The notes under the pieces: model-generated
Told to the model about the DNA's origin: nothing
The model's database searches: none
The model's input: only the letters and a program-made list of their open reading frames with translations
Part shown: positions 1-12,742 of the stretch, one piece after another
Layout: each line of letters begins with the position of its first letter
Position numbering within the stretch: position 1 is the stretch's first letter
Program-made: the position numbers and the translations under genes
NCBI GenBank assembly: GCA_043228905.1
Contig: JBHGNT010000018.1
Location: 16,306,001 to 16,370,000 of the forward strand
DNA from: Azolla caroliniana
Lineage: Eukaryota > Plantae > Polypodiophyta
Length of the DNA: 64,000 nucleotides
Direction of reading: 5' to 3'

Positions 1-396
1 TGTACTCATGCGGGCCATCTGATCCGACCCGATCCTTTCCCCGAAGTCCGCGATGACTTCGTACATTCCCATCGAACCTACCGGAACGGTTCGGTCTTCA
101 CTAAGGTCTTCACCGATCACCTTTCGCAACTCGCCCAAGGTGTCGTCAAAAGAGACCACCTCCATGGCGCCGCTGATCTCTTCGTCGGGGGAGAGGACTC
201 CGCATTCCCTGAGACGCCCCTCCACTCGCTTCCTTTCCAGGCCGTTGACGCCGGCCATAGTACAACCTCCGTTGTTGGAGAACCAAAATTTCCTACCTAT
301 GGTACAAGTCTTCTTCCGTACTGTACATTTGTGGGGTTTTTCCAGGGTGTCCAGACTATCGCGGCCCCACGCCTTGATAGCCCTCTCTAAAAATCC
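1..396 (-). CDS. Start of pol in the -1 frame relative to gag-protease; truncated by the window edge
   Basis: Manual translation: open from GGA TTT TTA (396) to base 1 without stops; ISGAMEVVSFDDTLG is homologous to ITGAMEVISFDNTLG near 49300, which precedes the RT region of a related copy. Confidence 0.7.
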
Positions 397-2508
397 CCTC
401 GGGTTTCACCACCGAGGGTCTCGCGGTTACGCTCATGGTTTGGTCGCACCGTCAGGAACTGGACCGAGTGACGCCCGTCCTGGCTCTTGACTCTTGCATA
501 GGCCGAACCGTTGTCCAGCACCTTGGTCTCCATCCGTGCCGCCGTGATGTATGGTTCTCCTAGTATAACCGGATGTGAGGACGTCTCTTGCATGAAGAAG
601 TGCTGGTTGATCTTGACATCGCCGATTTTCACCCGTACGTTCGGGCAGGCTCCATGTAGTTCTTCCATGGCGCGCGTCGCTGCTCATACTTTCCAGCCGT
701 GTTTGGTGTTGAGCGGCCATTTCCCCTTTTTGTAGAAGTCCATGGACATCAAGTTGATTTCTGAATCGTGGTCCACCAACGCCACCACCGGCTCCTGGAC
801 ATCCCCGATCTTAACAAGGGTCTCCGTGTTCGCTCGAGTGCGGCCTCGAATAGTGGCTTTCTGCCAACTCGTCTTCTAGCGCTATGTCCTCTATGTGCGT
901 CGTTCGCACTTCCACCGGTTTCTTCGGCTCTTGCTCTGTCAACAACCTCTTCCTCTTCACCAAGTCTACGATGGAGTCGTGGAACTCCTTCTTGGCGATC
1001 CCGAGCACTTCCCTCAGTGACAACTCCACTTTGTTGTCGAGGATACGTTCCTCCAGGACCTTTCGCAGGTCCGTGGTCCTTTCGATTTTTGTACTCAACC
1101 GGTACCCGACCTTCTTGGTTTTATTCGGTACGTCGGTCGCACCGGCCTCATTCTGCCTTTGACCGAATCGGGTCTCGTACCATTGCGAGGGCCCGGCCCC
1201 TCCGGTTTTACCTACTCGCTTGTCTTCCACTAGAGCCTCGTAGTTCTGGCATGCGGCTTCAATGAAGCCCGTCTTCTCTTCGACCAGGTTGCTCCACCCG
1301 GTTACCTCCCGGACCCGTTTTTCTGCGCAGTCCGCTTCTTCTTTCCTTAGCCGTGCGCCGGTGAGGCCTTCCAACATCAGCGGCCAGAATCCGGCTTCGT
1401 TCGTCTTCTGGGCCTCGCCACCTCCGACATGGATCCCAGCCGACGCCGAGTAGTGGATGGTCTCCGCGTGGCGAGCCGCTGCTTCTTCCATCAACCGTTT
1501 CATACCCCCTCGTTCGACATTCTGGTCCAGGGCCCTTCGGGTCTCGCTAGCGTGCACCCGACCGTTCCATAGGTACACTACGTTGGCTCTCATTGCCTCA
1601 GCGAAGTCCCCGCAATCCTTCCGGACATGGCCGACCGCGTCGCACCACAAACACCGGTTTCCAGCCAGAGGCCTTCGGTCACGGGCCTGTTCGCCGCCAT
1701 CCCTCCGTGCCTGTGCAATCTGGAGGTCCTTCACCATCCTAGTCAGCTCCTCTAGAGCTGCTCCTTCGGACGAGCCTTTGACCATGCCGGTCGAAGTCGA
1801 TTCGGTCTCGAGCCAGTCTCGGGTCTCTTCCCTTCGCGCTGGCGGGGTTGGCTCGAGTTTCCTTGCCGCTATAGAGCCCGCCCCTATTGATTCTTTATCG
1901 ACCCACTCTCACCGTTTGTCGAAACGGCCACAGACTCTCTTCACCATGGCCCAGTTGGCCGTCAGCCCGTCATCAGTCTCCAGCAGGAGACCCACTCGCT
2001 CCCGGTCCCTCGCATCCACCGACTTGACGAACAACAGGATGCGACTTGTGTCTAGTACGGTCCGGTCGAGCGCTGAAAGATGCGCAAAGCATTCTTCAAA
2101 CACCCGGAGGAGCACTGACGTGTTTCTCCCCTTTTCGAGGGTCTCTACCCATTCCATGAAGTCCCGTTTCGAGAGCCGAAGCACGTCATCAAGCCCGTAT
2201 TTTTCGAGGAGCCGACCTTCAAACTCTTCCCAAGTCCGGCTCTCAGCCCGTACCTCGAGCACCTCCGCATGGATGCCCGGCATCGCAACCCGAGGGAATC
2301 CGGTCAGTCGCCTTTCTTCCGGAATGTCTCTCATTACCATCTCGGCCTAGTAGGCCTCCAAATAGCTCGTGGCATCCTTCCCACCGAACCAGCCTATCAT
2401 GCCGATGACCGCTTCAATAGCCCTATCGAGGGCGCCTGCACCTTCACATGCACTCACTACCCGATCCACAGCCGAAGCCATGGCTTCCGCGAGATCCGAC
2501 CCCCTCAT
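387..2508 (-). pseudogene. gag-protease ORF, disrupted by stops/frameshifts
   Basis: ORF pieces 2347-2535, 1909-2340, 811-1785, 387-668; zinc knuckle; aspartic protease-like motif; ends GDF*. Confidence 0.8.
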
Positions 2509-2530
2509 CTTTCTATTCCTCTGCCACCTG

Positions 2531-2548
2531 TTCACGTCGGGTTCACCA
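2531..2548 (-). promoter_or_regulatory. Primer-binding site complementary to the tRNA-Trp 3' end
   Basis: + strand TTCACGTCGGGTTCACCA matches the 3' 18 nt of plant cytosolic tRNA-Trp including CCA (recalled sequence); 4 nt from the LTR. Confidence 0.85.
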
Positions 2549-2552
2549 AATA

Positions 2553-3244
2553 TGTCGCGTTGTTACGCGCGTGCGTGCAGAACGAGGCGGGACCACCGGG
2601 GTCTTGGACCGAGAAATAGCTGAGAAGGAGGAGAACAGAAAGGCAACAGACGCACTTGCACACGCACACACACGGGAGCACACAAGAATCACAGTCCAAC
2701 AACACAGCAAATGAGACGACTAGAAGTTCGAGTATAAGAACACGTATGTATACAAATATATATATATATCTCAAGACGGTTACAACTAACAAGCCGGCAA
2801 GGAGAACACCGCCGCCTGTTCACTCACACACAGAAGAGCGAGATGGAGACTCTACCGGAAGCACACGGGCGTTCCACAGAGCAAAGTCAGCCTCCCGAAA
2901 CCTGCGCAAAAATGGCTATGGAGAGTGGCAGAGGAGAAGGGCTCGGTCCCAGTCCGGCAGCACTTCGTCCTGTCTAACGCGCGATACCTTTTCCATTCCT
3001 CTCCCTCTCTTTTATAGCCCAAGGAGGGAGGCCGTTATCATCCATTACATCACATTAATTCTCTGTCCTTTCAGACAGAGATACACCTCGATTCTCTCCC
3101 TATTGAATGCGTGCTAACTAGGATTTCACCTCAACCTACTTGTACCTACCTACTTACCATACAACGAAAAGTGTGCTCGCGTGTAAGGGCCGGTTTACAC
3201 ACGCTAAACTCGGTTTCTGCCTAGGGACGGTTTTCTTCATGACA
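2553..3244 (-). repeat. 5' LTR of the Trp-primed gypsy element
   Basis: TG...CA termini, adjacent PBS, start similar to the LTRs at 8712 and 12150. Confidence 0.8.
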
Positions 3245-6200
3245 ACGTAGTACAAGGTTTGACCAAACGATCGAACAACCGTGGAAGAAGTTCTTCACGG
3301 CAGCTGAACAATCAGCGAAGTCGGAGCAAGTCCCGGGATAATCGATTATACAACTACTACAAGAAACCCGGACACATCAAAGCCGATTGCCATGCAGTCA
3401 AGGCCAAAAACGATAAGGCTCAACGAGCGGAGCATAAAAGTGGCTGACACGAGGAGATCAACTACATCGGCTCTACAGCCGAAGTATTATCAAATGACCC
3501 GAACATACTAACAATTGAGAACCCAGTCGAATCAGAAGTTCTACTTACGACTGAAGAATCGAGCATGTGGCTCTTAGACTCAGGTGCATCCTTTCATACG
3601 ACTCCTCATCGATCCCTATTCCAGCAATACACGGCCTAAAATTCTGACTCAATATGAGTAGGAAATTCGCAACACTGCGACATAATTGGAATTGGCACGG
3701 TAGAGCTCAACCTTGCAGGTGGCTCTGCATTAGTACTACGCAATGTCCGACATGTATTTGAGCTCGCAAGATCACTGATCTCAGTCGGACAATTGGATGA
3801 AGATGACATTCGTGTTGGTTTCTTATCAGGAAGGTGGACACTCCACAGGGGGAACCTCTTGTTTGCTCGAGGACCGAAGATACACTCATTGTATCCCTTG
3901 CACATCACACTCATAGAGGGTGGCTTGTTTCTTGTTGACATCCCCGTGTCATCACTATGGCATGGACAACTCGGACACCTCAATAATGCCGGCATCACGC
4001 ACCTATCCAAAGCCGGATACATCCCCAAACTCTCCTTCTCAGATCATCAATTCTTCGAGCATTGCCAATACGGCAAACAGACAACCATGACACACCCATC
4101 ATCTGCCCGAGAGAATAGAGTCCACTCGACTTGGTCCACTCGAACGTCTGTGGTCCCATGCCACATCAATCTCTCGGCGGTGCCTTGTATTTCGTCAACT
4201 TCATTGACGACTCGACTTGGAAGGTGCGGGCTTATCCGATCAAAAGGAAAGATCGAGTGTTCTCAGTCTTCTCCGATTGGCTCGCTATGGTGGAAAATCA
4301 ATCCGGCCAAAAACCGAAACGCTTTCGAACCGATAACAGGGGAGAGTTCAAATCAGAGGAATTTACGGCACCCCACAGTCCGGAGCATAATGGAATTGCC
4401 GAGCGAATGAATCGGACAATCCAAGAAAGAATAGTTTCCATGCTCCAATACTCCAGACTGTCGGATGGCTTTTGGGCAGAGGCCCTACTTACGGCAGTAC
4501 ACATAATCAATATGTCGCCAAGCCAACCTCTAGGACTTCGGATCCCTCAGGAACTATGGATCGGCAGTAAGCCGAATTACGACAAGCTAAGGATTTTCGG
4601 ATGCGAGGCGTACGTCCTCATCTTGAAAGATGATCGTCGCAAACGTGCACCAAGGTCCAGGAAATGTGTTTTCCTCGGTTATGGACCAGATGGCGAAATA
4701 GGATACCGACTCTAGGACCCCGAGCACAGACAAATCATCTGAAATTCAGACGTCGTGTTCAATGAGTTGGCCATGCATCAATTCATCGAAAAATCCATCG
4801 AAGTCCGAAGCATAATTTTCTCCGATGTGCCAACCCTTCACAAAGGCCTAACTCACAACACGTGGTCAGATTCACGGGAATCTGAACCCTCCAACACCGA
4901 CTCGGCAATGTTAGACTCGGCACAGCCAAATGACTTGGATTTGGACCATCCGACCTCGACACCCGATGTAACCAGTCTAGTCATACCATGACGATCTGAG
5001 AGACTGTCATAGCCCTTGGAAAGCTACTCTCCTGATATCTTCCCTTACGGACGCCAGAGAACCGACGTCATACGAAGAAGCATCGGCATCAACATACACC
5101 CTAAACCCTAAACTCGGCCACCTGGCATCTGGCAATGGAGTCCAAAATGAACTCCATTCGTGCAAACTACACTTGGGACCTGGTCGAATCACCAAAGGGT
5201 CAACGTGCCGTTCTGTGTAAGTGGGTCTATCGAGTTAAGGAGATGTCTGATTCGGCCACCCCGAAATTCAAGGCCAAATTAGTAGCAAAGGGTTTTCGAC
5301 AAGAATACGGTGTCGACTTCGACGAAATCTTTTCACCAATGGTGAAAATGACCACCCTTCACTTTATGCTCGGCATAGTGGCAGCCGAGAATTTGGAGTT
5401 GATTCAGCTAGATGTCAAAACGGCTTTCCTCCACGTTGATCTTGAGGAGGAAATTTATATGGAACAGCCAAAAGGCTTCGTGGTATCTGGTCAAGAACAT
5501 CTAGTCTACCGACTCAAGAAGAGTCTTTACGGCTTGAAACAAGCGCCGCGACAGTGGTACAAGAAGTTTGACGACTTCATCCAATCGATCGGCTTCTCAA
5601 AGAGCAATGAGGACCATTGTCTCTTCACGAAAACAACTCGGGATGGATCACCCATCTTCCTCATCATCTACGTGGAAGACATGCTCATCTCCAGTCGCCA
5701 TGACGGAGAACTCGCCGAACTTGTTCTGCAAATGCAGTTAAAGTTTGCCATGAAGGACCTCGGTTCGGCATGACACATCCTTGGTGTGAAAATTAGTTAG
5801 AATCGAAATCGAAGACAATTGTTTCTGTCTCAATCCGACTACATCCGATGTGTCCTAGAACGATTCAACATACAATCGACGAAATCTGCCTCAACCCCGC
5901 TCCCTATTTGCACTCAGTTGTCTTAGCGTGACTATCCGACATCCGGTCCGGAGGGGGAAACTATGAGATCGGTACCGTATGCACCGGCAGTCGGCTCTCT
6001 AATGTACGCGATGGTCGCGACACAGCCTGACATCGCTCATGCCATCGGAGTCATCAACAGATTTATGCACAATCCTGGCCAATTGCATTGGAACGCAGTC
6101 AAGCATGTGTTCAGATATCTAGTGGGCACAAAAGACCTTGGTATTCTATTCAGCCCGAACGATATCTCAGGCGTAGTCGGATACGCCGACTCGCACTTTG

Positions 6201-7298
6201 TAGGTTGCATAGACAGCTCCAAATCGACAACCGGATATTGTTTTAAACTCGGCAATGGTGCGATCTCGTGGAAATCGAAACTTCAGGAGCGCACCGCCAC
6301 ATCAACGACTAAGGCCGAATACGTAGCCGCGTCCAATTTGACAAAAGAGGCCTTATGGCTCTGTCAATTGACCTGCACATTTTGACAAGCCGAAATCGGC
6401 TCGGCTCCAATTGTTTATAGTGACAATCGGGGTGTTGTTGCTCTGTCAAAAAATCCGGTTCATCATGACACCTCCAAGCATATCGATGTTTGATATCATT
6501 TCGTTCGGGACAGTGTCATTTCAGGGAAAATCAACCTTGAGAAGGTACCTACAGTCGACAACGTTGCGGATGCAATGACCAAGTGTCTCCCAGTGGATCG
6601 ATTTTCAATCCCTTCGACATCGAATGGGCGTAATGAAGAATCAATCCGACTAAATCAGACACTCAGGACGTTTCTTGGACAATAGACCTGGATAGTTCAA
6701 ACTTTGGCTTCAGTCTCTCCAAACTCAGCCAATCCGGCCTTCTACTCTTTGGAGTTCACCGACACGAAATCGGACACTCAAGACGTTTCTTGGACAATAG
6801 ACCTGGATAGTTCGAACTTCGGCTTCAGTCTCTCCGAACTCGGCCAATCCGTCCTTCTGCTCTTCGGAGTTCACCGACATGAACGAATTCTCGATTGTTC
6901 GTAAACCTTGTATCAATCTGTATTGTACATTCATTTCGGTTTACAAATTTCAAATGTATACGCCCATTATGGGGGAGTGTTGAATACGGGCTTCTAATGG
7001 ACGTATTCACATTATCTTTTTTTGTACATACTAAGCTTTGGATATTGATGTAAAAAGTGAAAAGGGCAGCTACCCTAAGTTAGTCGGTATATAAACTGAC
7101 TTTGTAGCCTAGTTAGGGGGTCGTTTTTAAAGTTATAATAGACTCGTGACATTGTGTTGAACTGTCTCTCTTTCTTGCGTACTAGTTGTTTTCTTTTCTG
7201 TCTTTGCTGCCATCAAAGCTATGATCTTGCATTCATTTACGATCTTATCCTAGAAGTATGTTGATCTTGTTCCTCATTAGATGACGGTATTCACAACA
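3245..7298 (+). mobile_element. Ty1/copia element A (decayed; 5' part outside the window)
   Basis: Degenerate zinc knuckle, protease WLLDSGASFH (about 3570), integrase (4131-4715), RT (5135-5773), RNase H (5963-6600), PPT GGGGGAG 6971-6977, 3' LTR 6978-7298 (TGTTG...CAACA). Confidence 0.92.
6652..6883 (+). repeat. Tandem duplication, 2 x about 115 bp, in the copia A 3' UTR
   Basis: Units start at 6652 and 6767 (AAATCRGACACTCARGACGTTTCTTGGACAATAGACCTGG...). Confidence 0.9.
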
Positions 7299-8711
7299 CT
7301 ACGCTTCGAATTCCGACTACGATGATCGTGGCGGGATGTTCGTAATGAGGCATGAAGCACATTCAATGACGACACAAGCCTCGACTAGCGCCTCTTCTTC
7401 AGATAGCATATGGTTTGTCGACTCGAGAGCATCCAATCACATGACGTCCCATGACGATTGGTTCCGAGAATTATGAAAGCCTGATCGACCCGGGTATGTC
7501 GAAACCGGAGATGATACAACTCACCCAACTGAGCATGTCGGAAATGTTCCAATCGGAAATGAAGGCAAACAAACCTACCTCAAGAATGCCTTGCATGTCC
7601 CAACCATCGTGAAAAACCTAGTCTCAGTCGTCCAGATCGTCGAACAAGGTATGCAAGTACGATTCAATAATGAAGGGTGCTTCATCGAAAAGGACGATGA
7701 AATCATAGCACATGGTCGCCGAGAAGGCCGAATGTTCATCCTTGAATCAGAAGAGGTGAAATCGGCTATGTTCACAAAAGATCTTAAAGTCGAAACCAAC
7801 TTGAAACTGTGGCACAAGAGAATCTGCCACATCAATCTTCAAAAGCTCCAGAACATGCAGTCAAAAGGAGTCGTAATCGAACTCCCGACATTTACTGAGA
7901 AGGAGATTACGGGCATATGCAAGGCATGCCAGTTCGGAAAACAACGCCGACATCCATTCCCAAAAGAGAGAAAGGGATCCTGGATGTAGTACATTCAGAT
8001 GTGTGGGGACCAGCCTCGACAGCAACATTCGGTGGTTGCCGATATTATGTCACGTTCATAGACGACTTCTCCAGACATACTTGGCTCTACCTGATGAAAC
8101 ACAAGAGTGAAGTGTTCGGCCAATTCCAAAGGTTCAAAAACAAAGTCGAAAAAGCCACGGGTCGGCATGTACGATCCTTCGATCGGATGGAGGCAAAGAA
8201 TATTTCTCGGACGAGTTTACAACATATCTCTAAAAGGAAGGAATACAATGAGAATTTTCGTGTCGCCATACACCTCAGCAAAATGGTGTAGCCAAACGGA
8301 AGAATCGGCACATCGTAGAGGTTGAACGAGCAATGATGAATGAGAAGAACCTGCTGAAATCGTACTGGGCAAAAGCAGTGAACACGGTCGTATATCTTAT
8401 GAACAGGTGTACAACATCTAGGGTACACGATGTAACTCCTAATGAGAGGTTTTTTGGAAAGAAGCCAAATTTATCACATGTCCAGATTTTCAGCTCAATC
8501 ATCTACGTGCATATTCCCGACGAAACGCGGCAAAAGCTCAACCCGAAGTCGGCGAAATGTATCCTCGTAGGGTACTCGATCAAATAGAAGGGGTACAAAT
8601 GCTACAACCCATCTACCCGAAAAGTTCGAGTAAGTCGAGATGTCGTTTTCGATGAGTCCGCATCCTGGTGCGCACCAGAAACAACTTTGACTCTGACTCT
8701 ACATGACCCGG

Positions 8712-9318
8712 TGTCACGTTGTTACGCACGTGCATGTAGAAGGGGCGGGACAACGGGGGTCTCGGACTAGGGACGAAGGGATGCCAAGAAACCGACCCCG
8801 GAGGCAACCGAACACGAGAGAGAGAGATAAAGAAGAGAGAGAGCATGCGCGCGACACCGACTCTTATGCACAGGAAACAAGGGGCTATGCTCCTAACACT
8901 GCCAGGTACACCAATATGCACAAACAAGTATGAGTAAATATATATTACAAGGGAAAAGATACAACCTCGGCTTCGAGCCGGGCTATGCTCTTAAGAAAAG
9001 AAGCTAACCCTAACAATTCTTCGCCGCCATGGTTGTCGCGCCCAACTTCTCAAGAAGAAGAAGAAGAAGAACTTACCCTAGAAAACAAAATGACCCTCCA
9101 CAAAATGGTATACCCTTACGACTCAAAATGGGCAATCCCATACAAGAGACCCCCTCCCTTCCTTTTATAGCCCAAGGAGGGAGGAACGTTACAATGTGGG
9201 ATCAATACTCCCCCTTATTCTATACATCGTTTTCCTACTATACATGTGCACATGTTGCACACCACCGACTTGCCCATTCCACCCTGGTTTCACACCGTAG
9301 CCAGAAATTTTCATGACA
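8712..9318 (-). repeat. 3' LTR
   Basis: Direct repeat of 12150-12742, TG...CA. Confidence 0.92.
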
Positions 9319-12149
9319 TCCACCCCCACCAAACTGCACATCCACCGGTATGTGCCAAGAAAGGAAAAGGGTGATAGATTTTGGCGACGGTGATTAACCA
9401 GGTCCTCCGCCTTACCGACACCCGACTTGCCACCGCCATCCTTCACACTCGGGCTCACGTTGCCATGTCGGCTTGAATTGCCGGTGTCTCCGAATTGATG
9501 TGAGGATCCCATAGGACCGGTCTCTCTTTCTCTTCTCCTGCCTTCCTTGTTGCCTTCCGACCCGGTTTCGGTTAGTGGCCGATTGCGGTCCCTTTTGCTT
9601 GATCCCGTTCTCCTACCGCCACCATCCTTCTCAATCGGTCTCACGTTGCCACGTTGTCTTGAACTGCCGGTGACTCCAGATCGGTGTGAGGATCGCCATA
9701 GGATCGCCCATCCGCATCCCTGCCCTCGTCGACTCGCCGCCACCGTCAATCTCTTGGTCTTACGTCAGCTCCGATGCCGACTACCGAAGTCTCTAGCCCG
9801 GTGTGAGGGATCCTCCTTGGGCCCCATTTTTTTCTTCCCGGCCCTGTCTCAGGTCGTCCTTTTCCGCATGTCGAGAGGGTGACTTGCTCCACACCCTCCC
9901 TCGTGGTACCGATGTACCGTGTTCCCGGCCCCTTTGTAGGCCTGCTCCTACCTCCCTTCTGGATCGGTTATCCGGAAGTCCGCTCCGCCCGGTTCTCGCC
10001 CAAGTCCGACCGTCTCTTTGAATTGTCGAGTCCTATTAGTATCTTGGTCTTACGTCGGATCTAATGCCGATTGCCAAAGTCTCTAGCCCAGTGTGAGGTG
10101 TCCTGTAGGACCCGTCTTTCGTTCTCTACTTCCGAATCGGTTTGTATAGGTCGTGACCTCCGCATCCTCGCCACCACCCACCTTCTCTCCAATCTTATGT
10201 TGATCTGCAACCGCCGAAGTCTCGGGAACGAGTGTAGAGGACCCATACTTCAGTCAACCGCCTCTTCCATTTCTCTCTATCATCGTTGTTCCCCTTTCTT
10301 GCGCTTCCCCAACATCTCCCTTCTCTCTCGGTCTCACGTTGTCATGTTGGCTCGAACTCCCGAAGTCTCCGGTCTAGATGTGGGGTAACTGATTTCGTAA
10401 CGTCTTTCGGGGCCTCGTCCCAAGCCACCGACCCTTTTAGTGGTGTCGGTGGATAACATCCACTCTGTGATCAACCAAGCCCTACTTGGGCTTGATTCTC
10501 CAATGTCCGGAGTTTCGGCTCCGATGCCGATCCTGCCGGATTCATTCTGAACCCTTCATCACCTCCCTTTTAATTCCAGACCTTCGCCCGGTCAGGCTTT
10601 CTCCCCATGTAAAAGAGGGCGGTTCGTTCCGCACCCCCTTCCGTATCGGCACCCTCATGCCGATTCTGGCCCCGGTCGAACAATCCACGACCGGATCACG
10701 CCCCACTGGAATCGGAGTGTCGCGCGGTTCGGTCCCCGGTCGGGTCGTTTCATGGTTCCTTCGTCGACCTTCTTGCAGGCCATTTCCCATCCTTCTTCGC
10801 TGGCATTGTGCCAGGACTCCTCGACACCATCATCCATCTCCTCGGTCTCACGTGGGCATAAGGGCCCGAATGCCGAGTTCCCCGGAATTGGTTCCGAAGG
10901 CTTTCGTCCGCTCCTTCCTCACATCATCTTGCCGGCGATTCTTGGTCTCCCATCGCCGCCTTCCTCCTCTTGGGACTCACGTGGGCACTCGGGCCCGATT
11001 GCCATGGTCTTGGGAGCAAGTGTGGGAAGATGCGAAGAATCGCCCGTCCGTTTTACACCATTGTCTGTAGCCACCGGCTCCTCGTGGTCGGTGGTCGACG
11101 TCTTACCGATCGCGCAAGCCCCACCTGGGGTTGCTTCTCCAACGTCCGGAATTTTGGGCTGACGTGCCCGAAACCGCCGGTCCCAATGTCCCGATTCTGC
11201 GATCGGTATCTCGGCCTTGTCCTTGGCCATTCTATCTCCGCAATCCAAGAGGGTTGTTTGGTCCGCACCCTCTCCTGTGGTACCATCGTACCGGTCTTTT
11301 GTCATCTCGTGGGGCAAGTCCGTCTCCTCAGCATCAGCTTGCGGTCTCGATCTTTCCTCTTCCTCGAGAATTGCCTCGAGAGCTGCGTACGTCTCCGCAA
11401 TCCTGGCCCCGAAGCCGAGCCTTGCCGACTCTCTTTGTCGTTCGAACTCTTTCCGATGTGATGGTGCGCCGTCGCGCACCTTCCTCCTAGCCTTCTTGGC
11501 CCGCTTGTCATCTAACCGTTGGCATACCCTTCCGACCTCCGACCAATCCTCGGAAAGGCCATTCGCTCCGTCATTGTCTTCGAGCTCAATCCTGATGGCC
11601 TCTCGTTCCGTTCAGTCTATCGACCTAACGAACAATAGGACTTTGTCTGTCCCCACCAGACTTTGCTCCCGCTCCGGGAGCCGAGCAAGCCGTCACTCGA
11701 ACTCTCGGAAAGCCTTCATTGCGCCCAGGTGGGTCTTCGCCGATGCCACCCACTGGTCGAAGCCGCGTTGTCCCCGGTTCTTCTGCCGTCCTTCATACGC
11801 CTGCAGGAGCGCCTCTTCAAAGGCCTCCCACGAACTATGAGCTTCTTGGAGCTCCTTCACTTCCACGTGCATGCGGACGGCGATGACCGGACAGAAGAAC
11901 CCCAGCCTCAACGCCTCATCTACGTCTCGCTCCTCCATTTCCGCGTTGTAGGCTTCCAAGTAGAATGGGACTTTGTCCCCGTTGAAACGGCCGACTCTTT
12001 CGACCACTCACTCAACAGCTTGTTGCGCCATCTCCCTTCTCGTCGTTACGCGTCCAAACTCCCTCACCACTTCGACAAAAAGTTGCGTGAAATCGTCTTC
12101 TTCCAACTCCATTCTCCCTTGCCGCCCTTCACGTCAGGTTCACCAAAGA

Positions 12150-12742
12150 TGACGCCTTGTTACGCGCGTGCGTGTAGAAGGGGCAGGACCACGGGGGTCT
12201 CATACTAGGGACGAAGGGATGCCAAGAAATCGACCCCGGACACATCCCGGAGGCAGTCGAACACGAGAGAGAGAGAGATAAAGAAGAGAGAGAGCATGCG
12301 CGCGACACCGACTCTTATGCACGGGAAATAAGGGGCTATGCTCCTGACACCACCAAGTACACCAATATGCACAAACAAGTATGAGTAAATATATATTACA
12401 AGGGAAAAGATACAACCCCGGCTTCGAGCCGGGCTACGCTCTTAAGAAAAGAAGCTAACCCTAACAAAGCTTCACCGCCATGGCTGTTGCGCCCAACTTC
12501 TCAAGAAGAAGAAGAAGAACTAACCCCAGAAAACAAAATGACCCTCCACAAAATGGGCAACCCCATACAAGAGACCCCCTCCCTTCCTTTTATAGCCCAA
12601 AGAGGGAGGAACGTTACAATGTGGGATCAATACTCCCCCTTATTCTATACATCATTTCCTACTATACATGTGCACACGTTGCACACCACTGACTTGCCCA
12701 TTCCACCTTGGTTTCAAACCGTAGCCAGAAATCTTCACAACA
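12150..12742 (-). repeat. 5' LTR
   Basis: Direct repeat of 8712-9318, adjacent to the PBS. Confidence 0.92.

Larger units (their letters stand above)
1..3244 (-). mobile_element. Ty3/gypsy LTR retrotransposon, tRNA-Trp primed (5' part; runs off the left edge)
   Basis: 5' LTR 2553-3244 (TGTC...GACA); PBS 2531-2548; gag with CX2CX4HX4C knuckle (CLWCDAVGHVRKDC); protease-like ALVDHDSEINLM near 745-785; inserted into the gag of a copia element. Confidence 0.9.
8712..12742 (-). mobile_element. Complete non-autonomous Trp-primed gypsy element (gag-like region only, no pol)
   Basis: LTRs 8712-9318 and 12150-12742; PBS 12128-12145; PPT 9319-9330; 4-bp TSD CCGG; gag-like ORF 11693-12007 homologous to 1909-2535. 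Confidence 0.92.

Noticed and set aside
53-2350. Long + strand ORFs (53-490, 768-1265, 1457-2350) as host genes
   Set aside because: Antisense shadows of the GC-rich gypsy gag-pol with no recognisable domains
2531-2548. tRNA-Trp gene (also 12128, 46964)
   Set aside because: Only the 3' 18 nt including CCA are present, next to an LTR; these are primer-binding sites
9400-11100. CRISPR-like or satellite array
   Set aside because: Units are degenerate, irregularly spaced and inside a eukaryotic LTR element
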